This document shows positions 46,472 through 55,993 of a stretch of 64,000 nt of DNA, piece after piece. Origin of the DNA: Candidatus Levyibacteriota bacterium (lineage in GTDB: Bacteria > Patescibacteriota > Microgenomatia > Levybacterales > UBA12049); assembly GCA_016186645.1 (NCBI GenBank), contig JACPLF010000005.1, forward strand, positions 109,995-173,994. Reading direction: 5' to 3'. Positions within the stretch are counted from its first letter, which is position 1; each line of letters starts with the position of its first letter. The position numbers and the translations under genes are program-made. The notes under the pieces were generated by a model. That model worked only from the letters and a program-made list of their open reading frames with translations, ran no database searches and was not told the origin of the DNA.

Positions 46472-47746
46472 ATGCAGTTTCACAGAAAAGTTCTTCCAAA
46501 CGGTCTTCGGGTCATTACAGTTCCAATGCCGTCTTTTGAATCCGCAACAGTCATGGTAATGGTTGGGGCAGGCTCAAGATACGAGACGCGACTTAACAAC
46601 GGAATTTCCCACTTTCTGGAACACATGGCTTTCAAGGGAACTAAAAAGCGTCCAACAGCAATGGATATTTCAAGTCTTATTGACGGAATGGGAGGCCAGT
46701 TTAATGCCTCAACAGGAAAAGAAGTCACTGCGTATTACATAAAATCGGAAGTAAATAAAGTAGAAGTTTCTTTGGATGTTCTTTCAGACATGCTTTCGAA
46801 TTCTCTTTTTGATGCAAAAGAAATTGAGAAAGAAAAAGGAGTAATTTTGGAAGAAATTAGCTACCACGACGATAATCCAACTCATAGAATCGGCGATGTT
46901 TATGAAAGACTTTTGTACGGAGACAGCCCAATGGGATGGAATATTGATGGAGAAAAAGAAATAATCAAAAAAGTAAAACGTGAGGATTTTATAAATTACA
47001 TGAAAAGTCTTTACAGTCCTCACAATATGACTGTTGTTATTGCCGGGGGGATTGAGAGCAAAAAAGCAGAGCAATTAGCAGATAAATATTTGGGGAAAAT
47101 GAGCCGTTTCGATACATTAAAGTATGGAAAATTTGAAGAAAATCAGACTAATTCTGCGGTTCTGATCAAAACCAAAAAGACAGAACAGACGCATTTGGCA
47201 ATAGGATTTCGAACTGTAAAATTGGAGCATCCGGACAAATATTCCTTAGAACTTCTAGCTGCGATTTTGGGCGGGGGAATGAGTTCAAGACTTTTCCATG
47301 AAGTTAGGGAAAAAAGAGGACTGGGATATTATATCTCAACTTCTGCTGACAGTTATCAAGATGCGGGAAGTTTGGTTACGATGGCCGGAGTCGATTCCAA
47401 AAGAGTCAAAGAAGCGATTAAGGTTATTTTGGGAGAACACGAAAAAATCGCAAATCTCAAATCTCAAATCTCAAAAGAGGAATTAAAGAAGGCGAAGGAA
47501 TATTTAAAGGGACATTTGGTTTTGAGCCTTGAGAATAGCCGGTCTGTTGCATATTATTACGCGGCTCAGGAACTTTTGGAAAGAGAAACTGAGAACCCAG
47601 CAGATGTAATTAAAAAAATAGATGCGGTGACAGTAGAGCAAATTGAGAAAGTTGCGAAAAAATATTTTGTTGAGAAGGGTTTGAACCTTGCAATCATAGG
47701 CAATTTTGAAGATAGACAAAGTTTTGAAAATCTGTTACATTTATAA
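46472..47746 (+). CDS. M16-family zinc peptidase
   Basis: HFLEHMAFKGT inverted zincin motif. 424 aa. Confidence 0.8.
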   Translation: MQFHRKVLPNGLRVITVPMPSFESATVMVMVGAGSRYETRLNNGISHFLEHMAFKGTKKRPTAMDISSLIDGMGGQFNASTGKEVTAYYIKSEVNKVEVSLDVLSDMLSNSLFDAKEIEKEKGVILEEISYHDDNPTHRIGDVYERLLYGDSPMGWNIDGEKEIIKKVKREDFINYMKSLYSPHNMTVVIAGGIESKKAEQLADKYLGKMSRFDTLKYGKFEENQTNSAVLIKTKKTEQTHLAIGFRTVKLEHPDKYSLELLAAILGGGMSSRLFHEVREKRGLGYYISTSADSYQDAGSLVTMAGVDSKRVKEAIKVILGEHEKIANLKSQISKEELKKAKEYLKGHLVLSLENSRSVAYYYAAQELLERETENPADVIKKIDAVTVEQIEKVAKKYFVEKGLNLAIIGNFEDRQSFENLLHL

Positions 47747-47873
47747 CTAGACGATAGAAAATAGAGGGTAGAAAATAGTAATTTGAAGATGGACAATAGA
47801 AGATAGATCCATTGTCAATCTTCTACCTTCAAAATTCTACTATCCAGTTTCTATCATCTATCGTCAAAAATTT
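47747..47873. repeat. Intergenic palindromic element, copy D; it fills the gap up to the ndk ATG
   Basis: Homolog of 11961..12083 (gatagaaaatagagggtagaaaatagtaatttgaagatgg ... cttctaccttcaaaattctac ... ctatcgtca). Confidence 0.65.
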
Positions 47874-48338
47874 ATGGAACGTTCAGTTGTGTTGGTCAAG
47901 CCGGATGGGGTACAAAGAGGTCTTATTGGTGAAATAATCCATCGTTTTGAAAGAAAAGGTCTGAAGTTAGTCGGACTTAAAATGATTAGTCTGAATGACG
48001 CTGTTTTGGATGAATGGTATGTTCATCACAAAGACAAACCTTTCTTCGGAGGCTTAAAATCTTACATGAAATCTTATCCTGTCATCGCAATGCTTTTGGA
48101 AGGAAAAGATGTGGTTGCAACAGTTCGCAAAATGATTGGTATTACAAAAGCTCGTGACGCAGAGCCGGGAACCATCCGGGGAGATTTTGCCATGAGCCAG
48201 CAATACAACCTAATCCATGCTTCAGAAAGTATTGAGACAGCCAAAAAAGAACAAAGTCTAATTTTCAGCAAAGAAGAAATTTTCGACTGGGACAAAAAAG
48301 ATATTGAGAGCATCTACCTCCAAGACGAACTTTTATAA
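47874..48338 (+). CDS. ndk: Nucleoside diphosphate kinase
   Basis: NLIHASES catalytic-His loop and the RGDFA motif. Confidence 0.85.
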   Translation: MERSVVLVKPDGVQRGLIGEIIHRFERKGLKLVGLKMISLNDAVLDEWYVHHKDKPFFGGLKSYMKSYPVIAMLLEGKDVVATVRKMIGITKARDAEPGTIRGDFAMSQQYNLIHASESIETAKKEQSLIFSKEEIFDWDKKDIESIYLQDELL

Positions 48339-48339
48339 T

Positions 48340-48840
48340 TTAGGGTTTTATGGGCGTAAATAGATCGCCTAGGATTTTTGGCATTTTTTCCAAAGCACCA
48401 GCTCCTTCGCGTACGTCGAGGCTAGCATCTTGTACTCTTGCAGTGCCATCTGTAAATTGCGATATTTCTCCATGAGTTTCGTCAAATTCAGTGGTCAAAT
48501 CAACATAAAGCAGGTTCCTGGGAAAGGCAACTGGGTTTTTAATAATGGACAAACTTATGGATACATGGGAGGAGGGGTCTCCTTTGGATACAGAATGAGA
48601 CCGTTCAGCTTTATACGCTATGCCATAAATATAACCACCTTTTTGAAACCTAATCCTATCTATGTTTCTACCTTCAAAAGCAAGATTTGTGTTAAAAAAA
48701 GCATCGTAAAGAGCGTTCCTAAATTCAGGCACTTCTTGAAGTTTTGTCGCAACATTTATAATAATTGCATGAGTTTTCTTTCCAAGTTCAACTGGCGATA
48801 ATACTTCTCCTGTTCTAAGTTGTTCTGCGCGTGTGGTCAT
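48340..48840 (-). CDS. Hypothetical protein (166 aa)
   Basis: Clean ORF. Confidence 0.4.
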   Translation of the reverse strand: MTTRAEQLRTGEVLSPVELGKKTHAIIINVATKLQEVPEFRNALYDAFFNTNLAFEGRNIDRIRFQKGGYIYGIAYKAERSHSVSKGDPSSHVSISLSIIKNPVAFPRNLLYVDLTTEFDETHGEISQFTDGTARVQDASLDVREGAGALEKMPKILGDLFTPIKP

Positions 48841-48895
48841 TATGAGAACTATATCATAAATATACTATGTCTGTCAACCTATGGGTTACTTTTCA

Positions 48896-49912
48896 GCGTG
48901 GTGCAAAACTCGTTGTAGATTGATTTGACAATCAAAAAGGCAGTTGACACAATGAAAATGTTGAAGAAACAACGTTTTCTTTCCAAAAGGAGGTGTTAAC
49001 TGCCCATGACTTTTGTACCAAAATTACCGCATAAAGTCCAGTATCTTTTTCATAGCTCATATCCTTTTGTTGCAAAACTTTGTGAGAAAACCAAGATTGA
49101 GAAATTTATCGGTGGAAGACCCGGCTATGATAAAGACTTTTTGTTCTCTCTTCTTTTAATGAAACGGGTAACCAATTGGAGTTTCAGAACTATTGCTGAA
49201 ATGGGAGGAATCTCTCATTCAACCCTTGTCAGGGCAAATACATATTTCTTAACCCATCATGTATATGAAAAATTCTTCCTTTTCTTAGTTAAAAAAGCCT
49301 ACGGGAAAGGATTAATTAAAGGTAAGTTTGTAGCCATGGATTCAAGTTTTGTTCAGACCTTTTCAGGCAAACAAGAAGAAGGAAGTGAAGGATGGAATGG
49401 TTTCAAAGAAGCCTATGGATTCAAGCTCCATTTACTTATTGATTGTGAAACAAAATTTCCCATTGCTTTAACAATAACCAATGGACTGGCAAGTGACAAT
49501 ACTTTAGCAATCCCATTGTTAAAAAGAGCAAAGAATTGGTTGAAAAAATGCGGTTATGTTCTTGCAGATAAAGGATACGATGATGGAGAAATTATTGATT
49601 TCATTGTAAAAGCTTTCTCCGCTAAAGCAGGAATACCAATCAGGAAACACAATAGAGGAAAGAACTATTCATGGAGAGGAGCAACAAAAAACTTTCAGTT
49701 GAAAGCCAAAGGAAGAACATTAAAAAAGAGTGTTTACAACAGAAGAACTGCTGTTGAGAGGGTTTTCTCTGTTCTTAAAAGGGTATTTCATTTAGGAAAA
49801 GAAGAGGTACGGGGAATTCTTTCTTTTGCCAAACAGGTCTATCTGACCTTAATTTGTTACATGCTTAAGCTCTTTGACATTGCTATATCAAGCTAATGGA
49901 TGTTTTGCACCA
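48896..49912. mobile_element. IS4/IS5-superfamily insertion sequence with 12-13 bp target duplication
   Basis: Terminal inverted repeats gtggtgcaaaac / gttttgcaccag. Flanking direct repeat GGGTTACTTTT(T)C at 48883..48894 and 49914..49926. The target lies inside a hairpin gtcaacc...ggttgac. Confidence 0.65.
49006..49896 (+). CDS. DDE transposase (IS4/IS5 family)
   Basis: DDE_Tnp_1-like motifs FVAMDSSFV ... YVLADKGYDDGEI ... AVERVFSVLKR. Confidence 0.8.
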   Translation: MTFVPKLPHKVQYLFHSSYPFVAKLCEKTKIEKFIGGRPGYDKDFLFSLLLMKRVTNWSFRTIAEMGGISHSTLVRANTYFLTHHVYEKFFLFLVKKAYGKGLIKGKFVAMDSSFVQTFSGKQEEGSEGWNGFKEAYGFKLHLLIDCETKFPIALTITNGLASDNTLAIPLLKRAKNWLKKCGYVLADKGYDDGEIIDFIVKAFSAKAGIPIRKHNRGKNYSWRGATKNFQLKAKGRTLKKSVYNRRTAVERVFSVLKRVFHLGKEEVRGILSFAKQVYLTLICYMLKLFDIAISS

Positions 49913-50053
49913 GACTGGGTTACTTTTTCTGCGGCGACCCCTGCGGTTGACCGATAAACTTTGGAGAACTAATTTTTGCGATCGCCGGGAAAAGTGTCAC
50001 AAAAGTTCAATACTACCAAGTATTAGACTTTTTTACGGAATTGCTAATTCTAA

Positions 50054-50772
50054 CTATTTTCTCCTGAATTTTTCTTTTATTCTTTCCTGATCAAGCAGGT
50101 AGGCTTTTTTGTCTTCTTGGAGCTTCTTTTCTAAAGACTGTACCAAAACTCTAAGTAGATAATCCGTTTTATTAATCAACTCAATAAATATCTCGTAAGT
50201 TAAGTCTCGGGCTTTGATTTTAGATAGAGGAGAATAAAGGAGAGTTAGAGGACGGTAAAGGAAAAGACTATCTGAATCGGGAGGAGCTTTCTTACCCGGC
50301 ATAACTTTTTCCTTTATATCTCCTTTAGTATCCTTTAATTGTCCTTTAGGTTTGAGCGCGGTATTCAAATCTTTAAGATTAATACCAATGCCTTGAAGAC
50401 TTAATCCTGGTTTGCTGGGCAGAAATCCATCTTCAGTGAGCTCTCGGATATCTCCTTTGACTTCCTCTAAAGACCCCTGGCTAAAACTTATAAATTCTAT
50501 ATAAGCAGAGGTATTTGAGCGTTTATAGCCTTCCTCAATATTTCGGACAACACTTCGTCCGGCATCATCCAATTGAGCTTTTCTTCGATATTCTGATTTC
50601 GGAAGACTTGATGTGAATGTTCTTATTAAAAAACGAAGTAAAACAGTATTTGATCATTGGACAAGATATCTATAGCCTTGAGGGTGTTGCCAAACCCTAG
50701 AACTTTGTAAGGGCTTACTCGGAACTGAAAGTTCTGCCATTGTTTTGGCGATTAGATCTTTGGCGATATCAG
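50054..50772 (-). pseudogene. Second four-helix-bundle (IVS-protein family) gene, frameshifted
   Basis: The C-terminal frame gives ...LPKSEYRRKAQLDDAGRSVVRNIEEGYKRS...GSLEEV. The N-terminal piece (MTDIAKDLIAK...SSRVWQ...) is in another frame and ends in a stop. Confidence 0.45.
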
Positions 50773-51159
50773 TCATTCTTTATACCTAAAGCTCAGGATG
50801 AAAATTGCTAAGATGATTACCTCGGACAAAAGACAGTATTGGCAGAAGGCGTGGAGAATAAATGCTTGGGTGAAAAAGAAGTAAATAGAAGCAAGTACTC
50901 CTAAGAAAGCAAAGAATTTAAAATATCTGGGAAATTTACCGCTTAAAAGTACAAATATCAAAAAGAGAAAATAGAAAGCCCCCAGAAGAGCTACGGGAAT
51001 GCCAAAAATCGTTGAAAATTGGCTGACCAGTACGGTTTCGCAGCCTTTGGCGATAGCGCATGGCGGAATAACGTTTTTATAGTGTAAGATGGTTAAATAG
51101 GAGCTGTCAAAAAATCCAGCGATTGAGAGAATTAGCAAAAAGGTTTTTTTAAACGTCAT
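50773..51159 (-). CDS. Vitamin K epoxide reductase (VKOR) family protein
   Basis: Loop cysteine pair PPCAIAKGCETV and the TM CxxC motif CQYC. Four TM helices. Confidence 0.7.
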   Translation of the reverse strand: MTFKKTFLLILSIAGFFDSSYLTILHYKNVIPPCAIAKGCETVLVSQFSTIFGIPVALLGAFYFLFLIFVLLSGKFPRYFKFFAFLGVLASIYFFFTQAFILHAFCQYCLLSEVIILAIFILSFRYKE

Positions 51160-51203
51160 TTTTTGTTAATCCGCCTTCACGGAATTTTTTGCTTCGGCGG
51201 ATT

Positions 51204-51872
51204 TCAGTGCGCTTCAATTTCATCTTGGATAATTCTCTTAAATCCCTGATAATCTGGTGGATTTGGAATATGCACCCCATTTACAAAAAATGTCGGAGTA
51301 GAGTTAATGCCGATTGAAATAGCATTGTTTGCGGCTTTACCCATAAACTCTTTTGTTGAATCTGCATCCGCGTCTTTTTTGAATTTGTCCAAGTCCAATC
51401 CTAATTTTTTTGCATAGTCAATAAATATATTTTTGGGATTTGTTGCGGACCAAGAATTTTGATTTTCATAGAGTATGTCATGCATCTCCCAAAATTTATT
51501 CTGCAACCCCGCTGCATAAGAGACTTGGGCCGCAAGCATTGCATTTTGGTGAATATTGGTGAGCGGAAAAAAGCGGTAAACAACTCTCAAGTTATTATTA
51601 AATTCTGCTTCGAGTTGTTTAATAAACGGATAATACGCCCCGCATGCAGGACATTGAAAATCTCCGTATTCAATAAGAGTAACTTTTGCGCTCGGAGTTC
51701 CTATTGCAAAATCATCTTTCGAGACATCGGGAATTTTTATTGCGGCAGGTGCAGAGGGTGATGGAGAATTATTAACTGCGCTAACCAATATCCACAATCC
51801 GCCGATTAATACTGCAATTACTCCTCCCCAAATTCCAAGTTCTTTAAATTTCATTTTATAATTCTGACACAA
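51204..51872 (-). CDS. DsbA-like thiol:disulfide oxidoreductase
   Basis: Thioredoxin-fold CPAC active site (GDFQCPACGAYYP). N-terminal TM anchor. Adjacent to VKOR. Confidence 0.7.
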   Translation of the reverse strand: MCQNYKMKFKELGIWGGVIAVLIGGLWILVSAVNNSPSPSAPAAIKIPDVSKDDFAIGTPSAKVTLIEYGDFQCPACGAYYPFIKQLEAEFNNNLRVVYRFFPLTNIHQNAMLAAQVSYAAGLQNKFWEMHDILYENQNSWSATNPKNIFIDYAKKLGLDLDKFKKDADADSTKEFMGKAANNAISIGINSTPTFFVNGVHIPNPPDYQGFKRIIQDEIEAH

Positions 51873-51940
51873 AATTTGGAAAAAATAAAGTCCTTCGACT
51901 CCTTCGATTTCGCTCAGGACAAGTCCGCTCAGGATTTTTG

Positions 51941-52012
51941 TCGGGGTGCTGGGAATTGGACCCAGTGTTTCTGCGTCCCGAACGCAGCGTGTTACCGATA
52001 CACTACACCCCG
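51941..52012 (-). tRNA. tRNA-Pro (anticodon CGG), no encoded CCA
   Basis: On the minus strand: acceptor cggggtg/caccccg, anticodon loop ttcggga, T-arm ctgggtccaattcccag. Confidence 0.7.
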
Positions 52013-52129
52013 ATTCGTCTCATTTTACTTTCTTTTATGTTAAAATACAATGTCCTCTCAGAAGCTATATGAACAAACAATCCTTTACTAGATTGACAAG
52101 GAGGTTTTAATTTAGTAGGCTAAGATCAG

Positions 52130-52756
52130 GTGAGTAGGCTAAGTAGGAAAAAAATAGAAAAAATCAAATCTTTAAGAAGTAAGGGTTATAGTTTGCCTGA
52201 AATTGGTAAGGCTTTAGGTATAGGTAAAACTACTGTTTTCTATCATATTAAGAATGTAGAAATCTTGCCAGGCTTCATAAGCGAGTGGAGGGGGAAAAGG
52301 GGAGGAAGTAAAAAATTAAAATTAATTAAGGAAAAATTAGCATTTGAGGAAGGCAAAAAAACAATAGATAAGCTTTCAAATAAAGAAAAATTGCTATTTC
52401 TAGCTGCTCTATATTGGGCTGAGGGAAATAAAACAGATTTTATCCTCACTAATTCTGATCCTAACCTAATTATGGTTTTTATTGATGGGTTAAGAAAGAT
52501 CCTAGAAGTATCAGACGATAGAATTCAAGTAACACTTAGGCTTTATGAAGATATTGACAAAGAAAAAAGTTTGTCTTTTTGGTCAGAAGTAGTTAAAATA
52601 CCAAAAGAAAAGTTTTTAAACATACACATATTGCCAGGAAAGAAAAAAGGTAAATTAGAATATGGCATGTGTAGAGTTAGAGTAAAAAAGGGTGGAGATC
52701 TTCTTAAAAAGATTTTCGGAATTAATAAAGCTATTGTTAGTAGTTTGCTCTCGTAG
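52130..52756 (+). CDS. Free-standing HTH + single-motif LAGLIDADG endonuclease-like protein
   Basis: N-terminal helix-turn-helix GYSLPEIGKALGIGKTTVFYHIK. LAGLIDADG-like LLFLAALYWAEGNK. The stop codon lies inside the 5' end of tRNA-Arg. Confidence 0.5.
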   Translation: MSRLSRKKIEKIKSLRSKGYSLPEIGKALGIGKTTVFYHIKNVEILPGFISEWRGKRGGSKKLKLIKEKLAFEEGKKTIDKLSNKEKLLFLAALYWAEGNKTDFILTNSDPNLIMVFIDGLRKILEVSDDRIQVTLRLYEDIDKEKSLSFWSEVVKIPKEKFLNIHILPGKKKGKLEYGMCRVRVKKGGDLLKKIFGINKAIVSSLLS

Positions 52757-52818
52757 CTCAACGGATAGAGTAGACGCGTCCTAAGCGCCCGATGGCCGTT
52801 CAATTCGGCCCGAGAGCA
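52747..52818 (+). tRNA. tRNA-Arg (anticodon CCT), no encoded CCA
   Basis: Acceptor gctctcg/cgagagc, anticodon loop gtcctaa, T-arm ggccgttcaattcggcc. There is one A-C mismatch in the anticodon stem. Confidence 0.6.
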
Positions 52819-52819
52819 C

Positions 52820-53521
52820 ATGACAAGGAAAGAGACGATAAGATATATAATCATCCAGAGCATCGGGAATTTTTTGGTGCTTTTTGCTATTTTCGGAGTT
52901 CTTGCAACTTTTGGTCCGGCACTTTATTACGAAGCTCAATACAGAATTATTCAAATTCGAGGAGTTCATTTTAGCGTCGCTCTGTCGACGCAACAGACAA
53001 CAGTTAACAAACAACAAACAACTAGCGTTTCTTCAGGAGGTTTTGCAGATGTTTTGTCCGGTCCGATAGAGCAAATTCTGACACCAATTGATCCATTGTT
53101 TAATATTTTGATACCCAAGATTGGGGCAAATGCAAGAGTTTTTCCCAATGTTGACCCAGCTAATCAAGATGCTTTTGTCCCTATTTTGCAAAAAGGAGTA
53201 GCGCATTCGCAAGGGACATTTTTCCCGGGACAAGCAGGCAATATTTATTTATTTGCTCATTCAACAGATAATTTTTGGGATGTCGGAAGATATAACGCAA
53301 TATTTTATTTGTTAAAAGATTTAAGTAAGGGCGATGAGGTGGTGGTTTTCTTCCAAAATGTAAGACACAATTATCTCGTAACAGATTCCAAAATCATAAA
53401 TCCTCAAGAAGTTTCATATATAACAAAGGCCGAGACGGGGAAAGAGCTGTTAGTGCTTCAGACGTGCTGGCCCCCCGGTACTACTTGGCAACGTCTCATG
53501 GTTTTTGCTGAGCCTAAATAA
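52820..53521 (+). CDS. Sortase (membrane-anchored transpeptidase)
   Basis: N-terminal TM helix. Catalytic LQTCWP (TLxTC-type) and a conserved His in LFAHS. Confidence 0.7.
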   Translation: MTRKETIRYIIIQSIGNFLVLFAIFGVLATFGPALYYEAQYRIIQIRGVHFSVALSTQQTTVNKQQTTSVSSGGFADVLSGPIEQILTPIDPLFNILIPKIGANARVFPNVDPANQDAFVPILQKGVAHSQGTFFPGQAGNIYLFAHSTDNFWDVGRYNAIFYLLKDLSKGDEVVVFFQNVRHNYLVTDSKIINPQEVSYITKAETGKELLVLQTCWPPGTTWQRLMVFAEPK

Positions 53522-53523
53522 CT

Positions 53524-53622
53524 TCGGAACACTCGGAAAACTCAGTGAATCAGAATTTCAGGAGGTCTGACTGTCTGATTATCTGATAGTCTGGCGTACT
53601 GAGTATTCTGAGTTTTCTGGAA
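53524..53622. repeat. R-family element, copy R3 (intergenic; most complete terminal inverted repeats)
   Basis: Ends ggaacactcggaaaactcag / ctgagttttctggaattac. It exactly fills the gap between two convergent genes. Confidence 0.65.
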
Positions 53623-54822
53623 TTACTTTAGGCCAATGGTATATAGATTTGGGGAGATAGTGGGGTTGCCAAGATCAGTCAAAATCAAGATTTTTGATCC
53701 GTCAGGCCACGCAAATACATAGTTATCGATAAATGGTCCTGCATACACGGTCGTTCGATTTAGCCCGTCATAATCCATAATGCTTATCTTTTTGTCATTA
53801 ACGTAGATCAAATGTTTGGAATCTGGGAACCAGCTTAAGGGGAGAGTTGGAGGCATTGAATCAAATATCTTAAAATTCTTGTCTTCTTTTATGTCATAAA
53901 CATATATGGCATCTTTGGTGATATTTCTTTCTTGCGGAGTTGGATTTGTGCCTATCAATGGAGGATTGATGATTAAGGGCAGACCTGCAAATCGAGTGGC
54001 TGTATAAAGAATTTTTGTTTCATCTTCAGACCAGGACAAAATTTTGAAATTCTCTTTAATAAGACTTTGCAATTTTGCTTTAAATCCTAAAAGCTGAGAT
54101 TTGTCTTGCTGTTCTTTTTGCTGAATCCATGAAGCATTGAGATTGTCCAAGGTTGCAGTTACATCCTGAGGATTTTCATTAAAGCTGGTTTTTAAAAGAT
54201 AAGTTGTATGAAAATTTTGCGTTGCTGCTATTGTTGCGACAAGCTCTTTGGCATCAGGAGACCATGAAAGTGAAGCATTGGAAAAATTGTCAATTGTGTT
54301 GTCTGCTATTTGCGTTGAGGAGCTTTGCAAAGTTAGAATTGGCCGTAATCCCATGTCCAATATATAAACTCCATTCTTGCGCGGATCTTCGAGATCCGAT
54401 ACGGTATAGGCTATTTTGGTACGCGTTGGATCTAGAACGGGACTACTGATTCCTATGTCAGTAACATTGTCAAGCTTTGGAGCTGTTGGTATCAAAAGTG
54501 CGAAAGCGCTTGACACAACTTCTTTGTCAATTTTAATAATTTTGCGCCATGGAAAATAGCCTGATTTAGCAATCTTTACGTCATATTCCCCAGGGGAAAG
54601 GCTAACTGTGTTGTTAGTAGCAGAAGTTAAATGATTGTTAATATATATTCCGGCCCCATCTGGCTGAGATGTTGCTGCCAAAAGTCCTGTGCCAAGGATG
54701 CCTATTTTCCCGTCTCCAAAGCTGAAATTATATCCCTTGCCATACGAAATAACACCTATTGTTACGATGAGTAAAAAAAGAGAAGTGGCAATATAAGCTA
54801 TCTTCTTTTTCATTGAGCCCAT
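53623..54822 (-). CDS. PEGA-domain plus TolB-like beta-propeller protein
   Basis: PEGA motif region (DGAGIYINN...GEYDVKIAKSGYFPW). Repeated WSPD/WFPD/AWPDGSK propeller signatures. Confidence 0.55.
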   Translation of the reverse strand: MGSMKKKIAYIATSLFLLIVTIGVISYGKGYNFSFGDGKIGILGTGLLAATSQPDGAGIYINNHLTSATNNTVSLSPGEYDVKIAKSGYFPWRKIIKIDKEVVSSAFALLIPTAPKLDNVTDIGISSPVLDPTRTKIAYTVSDLEDPRKNGVYILDMGLRPILTLQSSSTQIADNTIDNFSNASLSWSPDAKELVATIAATQNFHTTYLLKTSFNENPQDVTATLDNLNASWIQQKEQQDKSQLLGFKAKLQSLIKENFKILSWSEDETKILYTATRFAGLPLIINPPLIGTNPTPQERNITKDAIYVYDIKEDKNFKIFDSMPPTLPLSWFPDSKHLIYVNDKKISIMDYDGLNRTTVYAGPFIDNYVFAWPDGSKILILTDLGNPTISPNLYTIGLK

Positions 54823-54958
54823 TATATATGTTTAAAATGGTCCTTGCAAGACAAAGAAGAGGGGGATATAATCAAAAATATAAGGCTAAAAGGCTTTTTG
54901 ATCTACTAGTGATATAGTTTGATAGATTATTGGTGTCAGATGACACGGAGGAAAGTTT

Positions 54959-55993
54959 ATGTTTTCATTATCAGGTAAGAGGATTGGGATAGACTTAGGT
55001 ACTGCCAACACGTTAGTCTATTTGGTTGGACAGGGGATAGTTCTTAATGAACCTACAGTCGTAGCTGTGACTGCCGAAGAAAATAGGGTGGTGGCGGTAG
55101 GAAAAGAAGCAAAAGAAATGCTGGGCAGAACTCCGGGAAATATAGTAGCTTTGAGACCCCTTCGAGATGGAGTTATCGCAGACTACACCATAACTGAGGC
55201 CATGCTTTCTTATTTTATAGACAAAGCTGCAGGACGTTCCCGCTTTTTCAAACCCGAGGTAATGGTTTGTATTCCATCAGGAGTAACTCAGGTTGAAAGA
55301 CGCGCTGTTCTGGATGCAACTATGGCAGCTGGGGCAAAAATCGCTTATTTAATAGAAGAGCCTCTAGCTGCTGCGATTGGTGCAAAAATTCCTATTGCTC
55401 AGGCAGCAGGGCATATGGTGGTTGATGTTGGAGGAGGTTCAACTGAATGTGCGGTTATATCTTTGGGAGGAGTAGTTGTGCACAATTCTGTTCGGGCTGG
55501 GGGGAACAAGATAGATGAGGCTATAGCAAATTATACCAAGAAGAAATTTAATCTTCTGGTTGGAGAAAGAACAGCTGAAGAAATAAAAATTGCCATAGGA
55601 AATGCCTACATCGAAGAAAACCCCACTGCGTCCGCCGCTGAACCAGGGAAAATGGAAATAAGAGGCCGTGATACCATAACCGGCTTGCCCCGGACAATTG
55701 AGCTAACCGAAGTACAGATAAATGAAGCAATTCACCCTGTTTTGCTCCAAATTGTAGGAGCAGTCAAGGGTGTTTTGGAGCAGACTCCGCCGGAATTGGC
55801 CAGCGATATCATAGATAAAGGGGTTGTGATGAGCGGGGGAACGTCTCTTATTAAAAATTTCGACAAACTTATGACCAAATTGACAGGAGTTCCATGCCAT
55901 GTTGCTGAAGATGCGCTTTTGTGTGTTGCCAAAGGCACAGGAGTTGCCTTGGAAAACATAGAACTTTACAAAAGAAGTATTAGCAAGAAATAG
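54959..55993 (+). CDS. mreB: Rod shape-determining protein MreB
   Basis: Actin-fold motifs GIDLGTANTLVY ... DVGGGST. GGAGGA SD. Confidence 0.9.
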   Translation: MFSLSGKRIGIDLGTANTLVYLVGQGIVLNEPTVVAVTAEENRVVAVGKEAKEMLGRTPGNIVALRPLRDGVIADYTITEAMLSYFIDKAAGRSRFFKPEVMVCIPSGVTQVERRAVLDATMAAGAKIAYLIEEPLAAAIGAKIPIAQAAGHMVVDVGGGSTECAVISLGGVVVHNSVRAGGNKIDEAIANYTKKKFNLLVGERTAEEIKIAIGNAYIEENPTASAAEPGKMEIRGRDTITGLPRTIELTEVQINEAIHPVLLQIVGAVKGVLEQTPPELASDIIDKGVVMSGGTSLIKNFDKLMTKLTGVPCHVAEDALLCVAKGTGVALENIELYKRSISKK

